A DNA stretch of 64,000 nt from Candidatus Marinacidobacterales bacterium (GTDB lineage: Bacteria; Acidobacteriota; Vicinamibacteria; Marinacidobacterales; SMYC01), in NCBI GenBank assembly GCA_965224085.1, contig CBDCYI010000005.1, positions 1,152,001-1,216,000 of the forward strand, read 5' to 3'. A program made the position numbers and the translations under genes. The notes under the pieces were generated by a model that searched no databases, was not told the DNA's origin, and saw only the letters and a program-made list of their open reading frames with translations. Of the stretch, positions 18,709 through 28,838 are shown one piece after another; the stretch's first letter is position 1, and every line of letters starts with the position of its first letter.

Positions 18709-19600
18709 GCTCCTAGCACCCGTACCCGCTGTGGCGCTCGCGCGCAAGCTGCGCGAGATTCCGCTTTTTCGATTCGCTTCTGTCGCTGAGCTGTTCCGCG
18801 TTGCCGCGATCGCGCAACAAGTGCGCTATGACGAGAATTCGAAAGTGCAAGACCGCGGCGCCCAAGCAGCTTATATCCAGGTGCTGCTCGAAGGCGCTTT
18901 CGAAGTGACCACGGAGCAGCAACAGATTGAACGCGTGGAGCCACCAGCCATGCTCGGCTTTCGCGAAGTCGTCGGAGGAACGACCCTCCAGACCGACGCC
19001 ACGGCAGTGTCGGACTCCATCGCCCTCGTCATGGCCGCAGAGGAGTTTCGCACGATGCTTTCGGCGAATATCGAGCTCGCCCAAGGACTGTTTCGCATGC
19101 TGCTCGAAGAGACCGAGGCCGACCCCGCGCCCAGCAGGACCCGAGCGTTGCAGGAGCTACAAGCACCGGAGCCGGGAGGCGAGTTAAAGTCCGTCGACAA
19201 AGTGTTGTACCTCCAAAGCCTTCCGGTTTTCGAACGCGCGCGCGCGGACGAGCTCTACGAGCTCGCCGCCATCACTCGCGACGTCGTGCTCGAGCCCGAC
19301 AAGACGCTCTTCTCGGAAGGTCATCCTTCCTCGATCTGGCTCCTGCTCGCGGGTGACGTCACTCTCGAGTCCAGAGACGGCGAACAGAAGGGGACGGCAA
19401 GCACCGGTGACGGCATCGGCGTCCACGAGACTCTCGCGGGAGCAGACTGGTCTTCGCGGGCGCGGGGGACCTCCGCGGGCAGAGCTCTTCAGGTCGAGCG
19501 CGATGCTCTATTTGAACTTCTTTCCGATCGCATGGAGTTACTTCAAGGCATTTTCGGCGCAATCCTCCGCGGAGCCAAGCCTGAGAAACAAGACGGGTGA
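18698..19600 (+). CDS. tandem cyclic-nucleotide-binding domain protein
   Basis: two cNMP-like repeats (LREIPLF..IQVLLEG; LQSLPVF..LFSEG..IWLLLAGDV); overlaps the upstream stop. Confidence 0.8.
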   Translation: MQFELLAPVPAVALARKLREIPLFRFASVAELFRVAAIAQQVRYDENSKVQDRGAQAAYIQVLLEGAFEVTTEQQQIERVEPPAMLGFREVVGGTTLQTDATAVSDSIALVMAAEEFRTMLSANIELAQGLFRMLLEETEADPAPSRTRALQELQAPEPGGELKSVDKVLYLQSLPVFERARADELYELAAITRDVVLEPDKTLFSEGHPSSIWLLLAGDVTLESRDGEQKGTASTGDGIGVHETLAGADWSSRARGTSAGRALQVERDALFELLSDRMELLQGIFGAILRGAKPEKQDG

Positions 19601-19607
19601 ATCGGCT

Positions 19608-21323
19608 ATGAAACGAACTCTCTCGCACTTTTTCACTCTCACGCTTCTCTGCTCGACGCATATCGTGATCGCTCTCACGAGCGACGCGGAGTGGGAGAAC
19701 GTCGAGCGCATCGTTGCGTTAGGGGATATCCACGGAGGGTATGACAACCTCGTCTCCGTCCTTCAGAATGCCGAGCTCATCGATAACAAGCTTCGCTGGA
19801 TCGGGGGCGAAGCCCACCTGGTGCAAAATGGCGACATCGTGGATCGCGGTCCGGAATCACGTAAGGCGATGGAACTCTTGATGAATCTCGAGGAAAAAGC
19901 CGAGGATGCCGGCGGACGCGTTCACGTTCTCATCGGCAATCACGAAGTGATGAACGTCGTCGGCATTCTCGACCTCGTCTCAGACAAGGAATATGCGGCT
20001 TTCGTGGACCGCGATTCGCGCAAAACGCGCGACAAGACCTTTGACCGCTTTTACGATCAAATGCGGCGCGAGGCAAAGACAAACAATGAGGACGTCCTGC
20101 CGATCGGCGAAGCGAGAAAGAAGTTCGAAGAAGACTTCCCACTCGGCTACATCGAGCACCGGCGCGCTTTCGGCAAGGATGGCCGCTATGGCCGCTGGAT
20201 CGCGACGCACAACACCGCGATCAAGATCAACGGCATTATTTTCTCGCACGGTGACTGGAGCGAGGAATTCTCGAAGCGCGAAATCGACGAAGTGAACAAG
20301 CAGGTGCGTCAGGAGCTTTCGGGTGAGCTTCCCGTCGAAGGTGGCATCATTTTCGATGTAATGTCCCCTTTACAATATCGAGGCTTTGCCAATACGAATT
20401 TGACGGTCGCGGCACAGCAAGCCGAGGAGCCGCGCATCGACCGCGCTCTCGCGAATCTCGGTGCGAGCCGCATGGTAGTCGGCCACACGCTCACGCGAGG
20501 TATGATCGAGTCGCGCTTCGGGGGAAAACACATCAGCATCGATGTCGGCATGCTCAATCTCTATCGGGGTGGCCATCGCATCGCGCTCGAGATCGAAGGC
20601 GACGAGTTCCGGGCGATCCACGATGGCGGCAAAGTCCCCATCCCGTTGAATCTCGACGAGAGCACGCTCGACGACTACGTGCGCGCTATAGCCAAAGTCG
20701 ATCCGACGAACGTCGACGTCCAGCTGAAGTTCGTCGATATGCTCGGTTGGGAAGCGCGAAGCGACGCGAGCGCTGTGATCTTGGAAAGACTATTCGAGCA
20801 AAAGCCAGACCACGTTCCCCTTCGCTACCGCGATCTTCTTGGAATCCACTACCTCAACAAAGGCGACGAGGCGAAGGCCGAAGAGCAATTCCTGCTCTAT
20901 ATCGGCAGCCTCTCCCAGCTCGTGGAGAGGAACCCGGCCAACGTCAACTTGGCCAACTTGCTCGCGCGCCTTTGCGTCGACAAAGGTCTCGAGCTCGAGC
21001 TCGCCGAGGAAACGATTCGGGACGCTGTCGCGCGGACGCCCTCGAGCGTCAATTTCCAGCTAACTCTGGCTCGCGTGCATCTCGCGAAAAATGCCTATCG
21101 CAAAGCGTTGTCCGTTTTGACGACTTTTCCGGAAGCGAGCGGCGTGGACTACGACGTGCACTATTTTACCGGGCGCGCCTATTTGGGTTTGGACGACCGT
21201 GAGAAAGCGAAAACGGCGTTCGAAAACGCTGTCGACGCCGAGCCTTCGCGTGACGAAGCGAAAAGGGAACTGAAAAAATTGGAGGGGATATCGGAGGAAC
21301 CGCCGGCCCTCGACGAAAGATGA
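19608..21323 (+). CDS. exported metallophosphoesterase (Shewanella-like phosphatase type) with C-terminal TPRs
   Basis: signal peptide; GDIHG, GDIVDRG, GNHE, FSHG, VGHT, IDVG motifs; TPR tail. Confidence 0.85.
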   Translation: MKRTLSHFFTLTLLCSTHIVIALTSDAEWENVERIVALGDIHGGYDNLVSVLQNAELIDNKLRWIGGEAHLVQNGDIVDRGPESRKAMELLMNLEEKAEDAGGRVHVLIGNHEVMNVVGILDLVSDKEYAAFVDRDSRKTRDKTFDRFYDQMRREAKTNNEDVLPIGEARKKFEEDFPLGYIEHRRAFGKDGRYGRWIATHNTAIKINGIIFSHGDWSEEFSKREIDEVNKQVRQELSGELPVEGGIIFDVMSPLQYRGFANTNLTVAAQQAEEPRIDRALANLGASRMVVGHTLTRGMIESRFGGKHISIDVGMLNLYRGGHRIALEIEGDEFRAIHDGGKVPIPLNLDESTLDDYVRAIAKVDPTNVDVQLKFVDMLGWEARSDASAVILERLFEQKPDHVPLRYRDLLGIHYLNKGDEAKAEEQFLLYIGSLSQLVERNPANVNLANLLARLCVDKGLELELAEETIRDAVARTPSSVNFQLTLARVHLAKNAYRKALSVLTTFPEASGVDYDVHYFTGRAYLGLDDREKAKTAFENAVDAEPSRDEAKRELKKLEGISEEPPALDER

Positions 21324-21390
21324 GACCGCGGCCCGCCCTCGCCGCCACTATCATGGTTACGGTGGAACGGCGGGCCGAACTCTCGATGCT

Positions 21391-21690
21391 CTACTTTTTC
21401 GGCGGAACGACCGCGTCCTTGCAAGCCTTCGCGACGCGGAACTTAACGACCGTCTTCTTCGGGATCTGAATCTCCTCGCCCGTTTGAGGATTACGTCCCT
21501 TCCGCGCATTGCGGATGGACTTCACGAGCTTCCCGATACCGGGAATGACGAACTGGCCCGTTCTTTTGGTCTCCTTGACCGCCAGCGCAGCGAACTCTTC
21601 GATCCACGCGGCTGCTTGCTTCTTCGGGACCTGCATGGTCTCGGCAAACGTGGCCACGATTTGAGTCTTCGTCATTGGTTTTGTCGCCAT
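21391..21690 (-). CDS. hup: HU-family DNA-binding protein
   Basis: MTKTQIV..IPGIGKL..RNARKGRNPQTGEEIQIP. Confidence 0.93.
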   Translation of the reverse strand: MATKPMTKTQIVATFAETMQVPKKQAAAWIEEFAALAVKETKRTGQFVIPGIGKLVKSIRNARKGRNPQTGEEIQIPKKTVVKFRVAKACKDAVVPPKK

Positions 21691-21998
21691 TCCTCAAATC
21701 TCCTTTTTCGTTTATGGGAACTTCCTAGTGGCAGCATCCTGTGACAACGTGGAGCTTGGATCGGACGTTTACGTCGCTGCGCAGCCGCCTTTCCCTCGCG
21801 CCATGAAAATTCCGTTTTGTAAAAGAAATCGACCGTTTATCAATCGCCGGCTATTCTAATCCCGTTCTTTCCATTGCGCAAGCGAGAAACGCGAAAAACC
21901 CGCTAAAAACGGTACTTTTTTGCGTTTTTTGCTCGACGTCACGCGATAAGGCCGCATGGAGCATGTCGTCGACGCTCTCGTCGCGGTGCATGAGCTCG

Positions 21999-24719
21999 TT
22001 ATCTCAATCTAGCGAGCTCCGAAGCGCTCAGCTTCGCCGCCGGTCCCTGTACGAGCGCGTTGAAGAGCAACTTGAACGCCGCCGGTGTTTGCGTTCGAAA
22101 ATCCACTTGGCTCCCGAGCGCCACGACGCTTCCTTGCCCGACGTCGAAAGCGACGACACTCGCTTGATCGCGAAGAAGCTCACCGCCGAGAAGCCATCCG
22201 CTTGCGACGAGGTCCTCTTCGTCTGGATATTTGGACACAACCTCGGACGGAATTTCGAAATCGGGCTTGAGGCGATAGGCCTGATCGTGGCGGAAGAAAA
22301 CGGGCCAGCGCTCCGGCATGCCGAAGGCGATCGGATGGTTCGGGTTGTATTCTTGCTCCAGCAGCGACCCGGGGCAGTAGAAAACAGAAGTCGGATCGAC
22401 GACCCGGCCTTCGATCGCTTTGATGAGCTGCGCCGGGCTCTCGAAAGCCTCCTTGAACATGCGATCCGCTTCGCGTGCGGAGACCGAAGGGCGCGGGTCG
22501 GCGGGCTCCGGCCCACGTCGGCGGCGACGAGGTGCCTCCGGAAGAACGGGCTCGATAGGCAGGTCGAGCAGATCGCGGGCGGTTGCGACGGCGTTTCCTA
22601 TCGCGACGAGGGTGCCGCCATTTTTTACGAACTGACCGAGACGCTTCCAACCGGCTCGACCGATCCCATAGGCCCATCGCCACTCCTCGGAATGGCGAGA
22701 CGGCGATAATCCGTTTACCATTCGCTGCTTGGTCGTTCCCGCCGGCAGCAGAATGACGTCATATTTCTCCGCGAGGTCCGCTTCGAAATCCGTCGAGGAC
22801 ATGACCGCGTGATCGAACTCGTATTGTTCGAGCAGCCACATGAGCCAACCGGCCGGCATGTTGTTGGCGGCCCTGTAGAGACCGACTCGCGTCGGGCGCT
22901 TCATGCGAAAGCCTTCGACCCGCGCCGCCCGATCCGAGGCCAACACGGGAAGGCCGGTCTCCTTCGCGACCGACTCGAGAACGGACAGGGCTTTGCCGGT
23001 CGGAGGCACGAGCCAGGCGCCCGGGGCAACGATCTCGCCGGACAGCTCGAGCTCCGACCCCGCACGAAAGACCGGGACCCCTTCTTTCGAGAAACGATTG
23101 AGCGCGAGAAATCCGGCGTTCGAATCCGGCGGGACGACGTAGGCCCATTTGGGCCGGCCCGGCATCGGTAAGAGCGCCGGCTCCACTTTGTCGACGCTCG
23201 TAGTCGAAACGCGTAGCGGCTCGTCAATCTGCTCAACGGTAACACCCATCAAGTATCCGAGCGTATGCGCGGTCACGTCATAGGGAGGAATGGGCGGTCC
23301 GCCAGGGTAGTAGCGGAGATCGGGATATTCCTGCACTTCGAGCATCGTTTTTGCGAAAGCGCCGTAGGGTTGGTCGAGGGGAATAACCCAAGAGCCCTCC
23401 GGAAAGTCCCTTCCGTCCGCGTGGAAGGGCGAGCTCGCCCGATGAATCTCGACCTCGCCCGTGTCCAAGATGTCGAGCAATAGGAGCGTCGCGTAGGGAT
23501 CACGCTGCTCGTTCGGAATAACGAAGGCAAAAGGCGGCTCGTCGTGCTCCACCCAGTCGCGATGGATGTTGTAGAAGTTCTCGAGCCATGTTGTGCGATA
23601 TTTCGCGAGATGGGTGAGGCCTCCGAAAACGGCCGTGATGCCGTAATCCACGATCTGTCTGAGCCGCCATTCCGTTTCCGTATAAGGCCGCGGGAAGTTC
23701 CACCGTTTCTGTTGAGGGCCGAGCGGTTGGCCGTTCGGGCTCACAAAGGGGTCGGCGATATTAGCACTCGCGATCTCGGTGAGGATGCGCGGCTGGCCAT
23801 GATAGACCATGTATTGGCGCGCCGGCGTCCAGAGATCGTATTGGGTGTCGTAAGTGACGCCGTCTTTGCCGGCCGCGATGAGAGCGCCCGCCATCGCTAG
23901 ACCGAGCTGCGCTTGTTCTTCCACGATCAAAGGATGAATGTTTCCATCATAGGGGTCCTTGAACGGCGGAACGAAAATGCGGGCGCCCGTCGGGCCCATC
24001 TGATGCATGTCGTGCGTGACCGTCGGCTTGTAGACGTTTTGCACTTTCTCCAAATTGAGGCGCGTCTCGACTTGCGTGAACATGAACCAGTCGCGGTTGT
24101 CATCGTGGCCGACATATTTGTGATAGAGGTCCGGATAGACGCGGTCGTAGGGCGTATCTTTCGTTTCGTACCAGTGGTCGATGACCATCACCTGACCGTC
24201 CGGATTTTGGGAAGGGACGTAGAGAAGAACGGTGTTGTCGAGGATCTCCTGGATCTTTTTGGAGTCCTCGGTGGCTAAACGATGGACGATGAGCGGCACC
24301 GCTTGCCCGTTGCCGACTTCCGTCGAGTGGATCGTGGCGTAGAGGAAGTAGAACGGACGACCTTCTTCCGCCAGAGCCATCGCCTCGCTCTCGTCTAGAC
24401 CTCGAGGATCCGCCAAGCGCCGGTTGATCTCGACGAGGCGATCGAGACGGGCCAGGTTCTCCGGCGAGCTGATCTTGAGGAGCACATAAGGGTTGCCTTC
24501 GGTCGTCTTTCCGAGCTCCTCGTAGAGCACCCGATCCGATTCCCCCGCCACGTGCTGCAAATATTCGAGCACTTTGGGATAGCGGGCCATCTCGCCGTCC
24601 GTACCGAGACGAAATCCAAAGAACTCTTCGGGCTCCTGGATGGATTGTGCGGCGGCGGTAACGCTCATTACCGTCATCGCGATAGCCGAGAGCGCGAAAG
24701 AGCGAGCTATGCGGGACAT
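21999..24719 (-). CDS. secreted M14-family zinc carboxypeptidase-like protein
   Basis: signal peptide; IHSTE, NPDG, HDDNRD, HDMHQMG; C-terminal GATase-like domain. Confidence 0.85.
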   Translation of the reverse strand: MSRIARSFALSAIAMTVMSVTAAAQSIQEPEEFFGFRLGTDGEMARYPKVLEYLQHVAGESDRVLYEELGKTTEGNPYVLLKISSPENLARLDRLVEINRRLADPRGLDESEAMALAEEGRPFYFLYATIHSTEVGNGQAVPLIVHRLATEDSKKIQEILDNTVLLYVPSQNPDGQVMVIDHWYETKDTPYDRVYPDLYHKYVGHDDNRDWFMFTQVETRLNLEKVQNVYKPTVTHDMHQMGPTGARIFVPPFKDPYDGNIHPLIVEEQAQLGLAMAGALIAAGKDGVTYDTQYDLWTPARQYMVYHGQPRILTEIASANIADPFVSPNGQPLGPQQKRWNFPRPYTETEWRLRQIVDYGITAVFGGLTHLAKYRTTWLENFYNIHRDWVEHDEPPFAFVIPNEQRDPYATLLLLDILDTGEVEIHRASSPFHADGRDFPEGSWVIPLDQPYGAFAKTMLEVQEYPDLRYYPGGPPIPPYDVTAHTLGYLMGVTVEQIDEPLRVSTTSVDKVEPALLPMPGRPKWAYVVPPDSNAGFLALNRFSKEGVPVFRAGSELELSGEIVAPGAWLVPPTGKALSVLESVAKETGLPVLASDRAARVEGFRMKRPTRVGLYRAANNMPAGWLMWLLEQYEFDHAVMSSTDFEADLAEKYDVILLPAGTTKQRMVNGLSPSRHSEEWRWAYGIGRAGWKRLGQFVKNGGTLVAIGNAVATARDLLDLPIEPVLPEAPRRRRRGPEPADPRPSVSAREADRMFKEAFESPAQLIKAIEGRVVDPTSVFYCPGSLLEQEYNPNHPIAFGMPERWPVFFRHDQAYRLKPDFEIPSEVVSKYPDEEDLVASGWLLGGELLRDQASVVAFDVGQGSVVALGSQVDFRTQTPAAFKLLFNALVQGPAAKLSASELARLR

Positions 24720-24891
24720 AGGGCGGTCTCCTCGTCACGAATGTGGACGCTATGGGTCGACAGCATATTTCGACCAGCACCGAAAATCAACGCCCGGCAG
24801 GAACCCTCCGCCGCAGGAAAAAGCCATTGCATCAACGTTAGGCTTGCTAGAATGTGTCGTTCTCAATGAACAAAAGGGACAAAGGAGGAGC

Positions 24892-25581
24892 ATGGCAAGC
24901 TTGCAAGAACGTCAAAACGCGCATCACAACGTTCTACGCCATTTCGTCGAAAAGGGCCACGCGCCACTCTACACAAAATTGGCGGAAACACTCAGCGTCG
25001 CCCCCGATACCGCGAGGCGGCTTCTGCGCGAGACCACGGTCGAAAGCCCTTTCTCGTTCGCTTGGCTCACGCCGGACACCGACTTCGTAGGCGCATGGGC
25101 ACCTTTTTCCAACCTTCCGAGCCATAACGCTATCAGCGTCGAGGGGGTCCAGAAATGGTATGGCCAGTGAGGGATCGAAGCGCTGGCCGTGAGCCAGCTC
25201 TTCCCCGGTAAAGAGGTCACGATCGACACCCGCTGCTTGGAATCAGGCGACCCCATTCGGATCCGCATGCGCGACTCGGACGTGCTGGAGGTCACTCCCG
25301 AGACCGCCGTCGCCCACGCCAATGTCATGATGGATAAATGGGGCCAGCCCTCGTGGGCGTTCACGTGAGCTCGCATGAATCTCTTCCGGTCGGAAGAGAG
25401 CGTGCGCGCGTGGGCGGATTTCGACCCCCAGACGGACAAAGCCATCAAACCCGTCCGCGAGTGGGCGGGGATGGTGACGGGAGCGCGTGTGTTTCAAAAG
25501 CGGCTCGAGAACGACTTCGTCGAGAAGAGCGAAGAATACGCCACCGAAGCCCTGGGAGCACTCGGCAACGCCTTGAGCTGA
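24892..25581 (+). CDS. MerB-like (alkylmercury lyase fold) selenoprotein with two in-frame UGA codons
   Basis: GGAGG RBS; 229 aa on read-through of TGA at 25168 (KWYGQUGIEAL) and 25366 (AFTUARMNLFRS); RCLESGDPI Cys between them; SECIS-like hairpin after each UGA. Confidence 0.85.
25171..25206 (+). promoter_or_regulatory. bacterial SECIS-like hairpin 1
   Basis: ggg..gaag.gctggc-CGTGA-gccagc.cttc.ccc; loop begins 17 nt after UGA with G at loop position 2. Confidence 0.7.
25369..25406 (+). promoter_or_regulatory. bacterial SECIS-like hairpin 2
   Basis: cgcatg..tctcttcc-GGTC-ggaagaga..cgtgcg; loop begins 19 nt after UGA. Confidence 0.75.
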
Positions 25582-25646
25582 CGAAAGCGCCGCGATGACG
25601 CTCTTCGCCTATATCTTCGGTTGGGGTGCTCGATCGGCACAGACAG

Positions 25647-28600
25647 CTAGCGCCGCCCGAGTAGCTGTTCTACGGTTAGCAACCTGCCGTTGACGATCAC
25701 GACCTCCGTCGTCCTCAAGTTCTTGATGTCGTCGGTCGGATCACCCGCGAGAAGCACGAGGTCGGCGATTTTGCCCTCTTCCACCGTACCCAACTCGTCG
25801 TCAGCGCCCAAAGCCTCGGCGGCCCGTCCGGTCGCGCTCCGTATCGCTTCGATCGGACCGAGCCCCGCCTCAGAAAGCTGCTCGATCTCGAGGAGCAGGC
25901 TGAACCCGTAAGGAATGAGGGGCGAGTCGGTGCCGACGATGATCCGCGCGCCGCGCTCGCCGAGAGCGTCGACAGTGCTAAAAATTGGCGCCATGATGGA
26001 AAAGGATGCTTGCACGTCACCCGGAGGGGAGGCGGCCAGGAAACGGTTTTTGGACCACGGAGGGAACAGTACGACGAATCGCTCATCTTCTAAAAGATTA
26101 GGCTCGCGCGCGCGTGCGAGGCTAAAGCCGCCATAGATTAGAACCGTCGGTGTGTAGTAAACGCCCGAGCGCGCCACAATCTCGATAACGTCGTCATAGC
26201 TCCGTCTCAGAGCGGTGAGCTTGGGCGAAAAGCCGCGCCTCGACGTCCCAGCGACATGCTCGATGCCGTCGACACCATAGGCCACGGCCGGGTAGAGCTC
26301 ATGCGAAGTCACGTAGAATCCTTGACGGTGCGCTTCCTCGATCACGAGCTTCTGCAGAGGGTCGGGCAAACGGACATAGGTTTTGATCAAATCGTATTGA
26401 AGATCGAAAGCCCGCTGCATTTCTTGCGCGAGCTCCTCGACGTCACCGATGGCGTGGGCACCCGTGTAGTAGATGCGGTCGCCGTCGATCGTACCCCCCG
26501 TGAAAAAAACCCGCGGTCCGACGCGTCGGTTGGACAGGATGGACTCCCGTTCCTCGAGCACCCGATAAGGGGAGTCAGCGGGCGTGCGCATCGACGTGAT
26601 GCCGTAAGAGAGCCAAACTTTGCCATGGCGCGATCCCCAAGCGGGAAGGCTCAAATGCGTGTGCATTTCGATAAGACCGGGAATGAGCGTCCGGCCGTTC
26701 CCCTCGACGGCCCGCAAATCCTCGCTGACGATCCGCCCAGTGGGGCCGATGCTCTCGATCCGATTCCCGCCGATGAGCACGTCCTGGTGCTCACGGGGAG
26801 GCGCTCCAGTTCCATCGATGATGGTGACGTCGCGCAGCAATAGTTGGCCACGCGCGGCAGGAATCTCATATTGCAGATCGAGCTCGATGCGCTCGGGCCG
26901 ACCTCCATCGAGACCGACACGCTTCAGCCCGGTCGGCGTAACGAAGAGAATCCTTTGGCTGTCAGAAAACCAACTCGGAAAGTCGACCGCCTCCCCCGCG
27001 ATTTGGCGCGGAGCGCCGCTCGGCGTGCCATCGGCGGACACCGGCAGGACCCACAACCCGCCATCCATCGCGAAAGCGAGCAACCTGCCGTCCGGGCTCC
27101 ACACCGGTCCGTCGGCGTCGCGAGCTCCGGTACTCCGATCGATCTCGTCGAGAAGACGCGACGCGCGTGTTCGCGTGTTCACGACGAGGATGCGGTTGTA
27201 GCCTTCGCGAAAGCGGGTTGATAGCGGGACGTGCACGCTCAGCGCAACGTGGATGCTATCGCTCGACCAGGTCGGCTGGCTCACGCCTCGGCGCGCCTCG
27301 GTCAGCACTTCGTTTGTGCCGGACTCGACCGACAGCACGTGCAGCCGCGCATGTTCGTCCACATAGGCGATGTGAGTTCCGTCGGGCGACCACGCGGGAG
27401 CAAGCTCCGCGCCCACATCCGTCGTGAGGCGTCGGCCGCCGTCTGAGAGCGGGCTATCGACATCTTTGACCCACAGATCCATCGTGCCGCCGCGATCGGA
27501 GCTGTAGACGATCGAGCGTGAATCGGGCGACCAGAATGGATCGCTGTCGAGGTACTCGTCGCGAGTGAGTGCTATAGGCACCCCACCCGAAGGAGACACG
27601 GTCCAGAGGTCTCCCAAAGCCGCGAACGCGATCTTCGAGCCGTCCCACGCGAGGACGGGGCGCACGAGGCCTCGAACCAGAGCGGTCGCGCCATCACGGA
27701 TCTCGACTTTCCGTCTTTCGTAGGCGGGGCGGTCGAGCGTCACCGGAACCTCGAAAGGGACCGCGCTTGGCGCGCTCCCCACAGCGGCGAGATCCTGCCG
27801 CCACAACTGGCCCGCCGCGGTGTAAACGAGCGCCGAGGCACTCACCCATTCCGCGCGAAACGGGAATACGTCCTCCAGGCCATCGACATCCTCCACGCTA
27901 CCTACGCCGTCGCCGCTAGTGAGCACGAGCACGAGGCGGCTCGCGACCGGAGCGTCGCCCATAGCATCGGCGCTCGCGGAGCCGATGTCGAGCACACGCA
28001 ACGCAATGCGGGTGCCATCCGGGCTATAGGATGGAGAGGCAATCGGCTGCTCGAAGACGAGGAGCAGAACCGGCGGCAGGGCAGGCTTCTCCGGGCTCAG
28101 GCCGAGCTCGTACAGTGCCATCCCGCCCTCCGAACGCTCCGAAACGAAAACGAGCGCGTCCCCGTTAGGCGACCACGCGGGCATATAATCGCTCGCTCCG
28201 TCCGTCGTCAGCTGGGTCAGCTCGCGGGTCTCGAGCTCGAGAATCCAAATGTCATAGTTTCCCGCGCGGTCCGACGAGAAAGCCACCCGGGTGCCGTCCG
28301 GAGAGAAGACAGGTTCGCGATCGTCGAAGCGACTCGCCGTGAGAGCCGTGAGGTTGGCGCCATCTACCCCCGCCGTATCGATCGTCCAGATGTCCCACGT
28401 CCCGTTGCGGAAGGACTGGAAGACGAGTCGCATCCCGTCGCTCGAGAAATGAGGCAGGCGATCATCACCGAGGCCGTCCGTCATCGCCGTGGCCGGTCCG
28501 CCCTCGGCGGGAAGACGCCAAAGCGTTCCCTGAAGGTCAAGGACGAAGCTGCCGTCCGCGGGAGAGAGCGCGGCCGCAAAGTTGGTCCCTTCGCGCAAAA

Positions 28601-28691
28601 CGAGATCCGTCTTCTCCGCCCGCGCGGAGCCAAGCAGGATCGAACCAAACAGGACCACGAGCCCGAAGGTCCGCATACCGCGTGAGATCAT
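25647..28691 (-). CDS. TolB/PD40 beta-propeller + amidohydrolase fusion
   Basis: repeated P.(W/F)SPDG motifs; IPGLIEMHTH, DGIEH, GTDS, GKIADLVLL. Confidence 0.88.
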   Translation of the reverse strand: MISRGMRTFGLVVLFGSILLGSARAEKTDLVLREGTNFAAALSPADGSFVLDLQGTLWRLPAEGGPATAMTDGLGDDRLPHFSSDGMRLVFQSFRNGTWDIWTIDTAGVDGANLTALTASRFDDREPVFSPDGTRVAFSSDRAGNYDIWILELETRELTQLTTDGASDYMPAWSPNGDALVFVSERSEGGMALYELGLSPEKPALPPVLLLVFEQPIASPSYSPDGTRIALRVLDIGSASADAMGDAPVASRLVLVLTSGDGVGSVEDVDGLEDVFPFRAEWVSASALVYTAAGQLWRQDLAAVGSAPSAVPFEVPVTLDRPAYERRKVEIRDGATALVRGLVRPVLAWDGSKIAFAALGDLWTVSPSGGVPIALTRDEYLDSDPFWSPDSRSIVYSSDRGGTMDLWVKDVDSPLSDGGRRLTTDVGAELAPAWSPDGTHIAYVDEHARLHVLSVESGTNEVLTEARRGVSQPTWSSDSIHVALSVHVPLSTRFREGYNRILVVNTRTRASRLLDEIDRSTGARDADGPVWSPDGRLLAFAMDGGLWVLPVSADGTPSGAPRQIAGEAVDFPSWFSDSQRILFVTPTGLKRVGLDGGRPERIELDLQYEIPAARGQLLLRDVTIIDGTGAPPREHQDVLIGGNRIESIGPTGRIVSEDLRAVEGNGRTLIPGLIEMHTHLSLPAWGSRHGKVWLSYGITSMRTPADSPYRVLEERESILSNRRVGPRVFFTGGTIDGDRIYYTGAHAIGDVEELAQEMQRAFDLQYDLIKTYVRLPDPLQKLVIEEAHRQGFYVTSHELYPAVAYGVDGIEHVAGTSRRGFSPKLTALRRSYDDVIEIVARSGVYYTPTVLIYGGFSLARAREPNLLEDERFVVLFPPWSKNRFLAASPPGDVQASFSIMAPIFSTVDALGERGARIIVGTDSPLIPYGFSLLLEIEQLSEAGLGPIEAIRSATGRAAEALGADDELGTVEEGKIADLVLLAGDPTDDIKNLRTTEVVIVNGRLLTVEQLLGRR

Positions 28692-28838
28692 CCCACCTCC
28701 TCCGAGAGAAGCTACCACAGCGGGGCGAAGCGCACCAAAATCTCACCGCCAAACCTCTGCGCTGCGGTTAGATCCAATCAAGGCAGCATGAATGGTAGAG
28801 CGGTTGCGCTTGCACGAACGACACCTTAAGGTTCGACC

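Noticed and set aside
25579-25610. Third Sec at the terminal TGA of the MerB-like gene
   Set aside because: Only a weak hairpin follows, there is no Cys-equivalent context, and the convergent gene ends 65 bp away.
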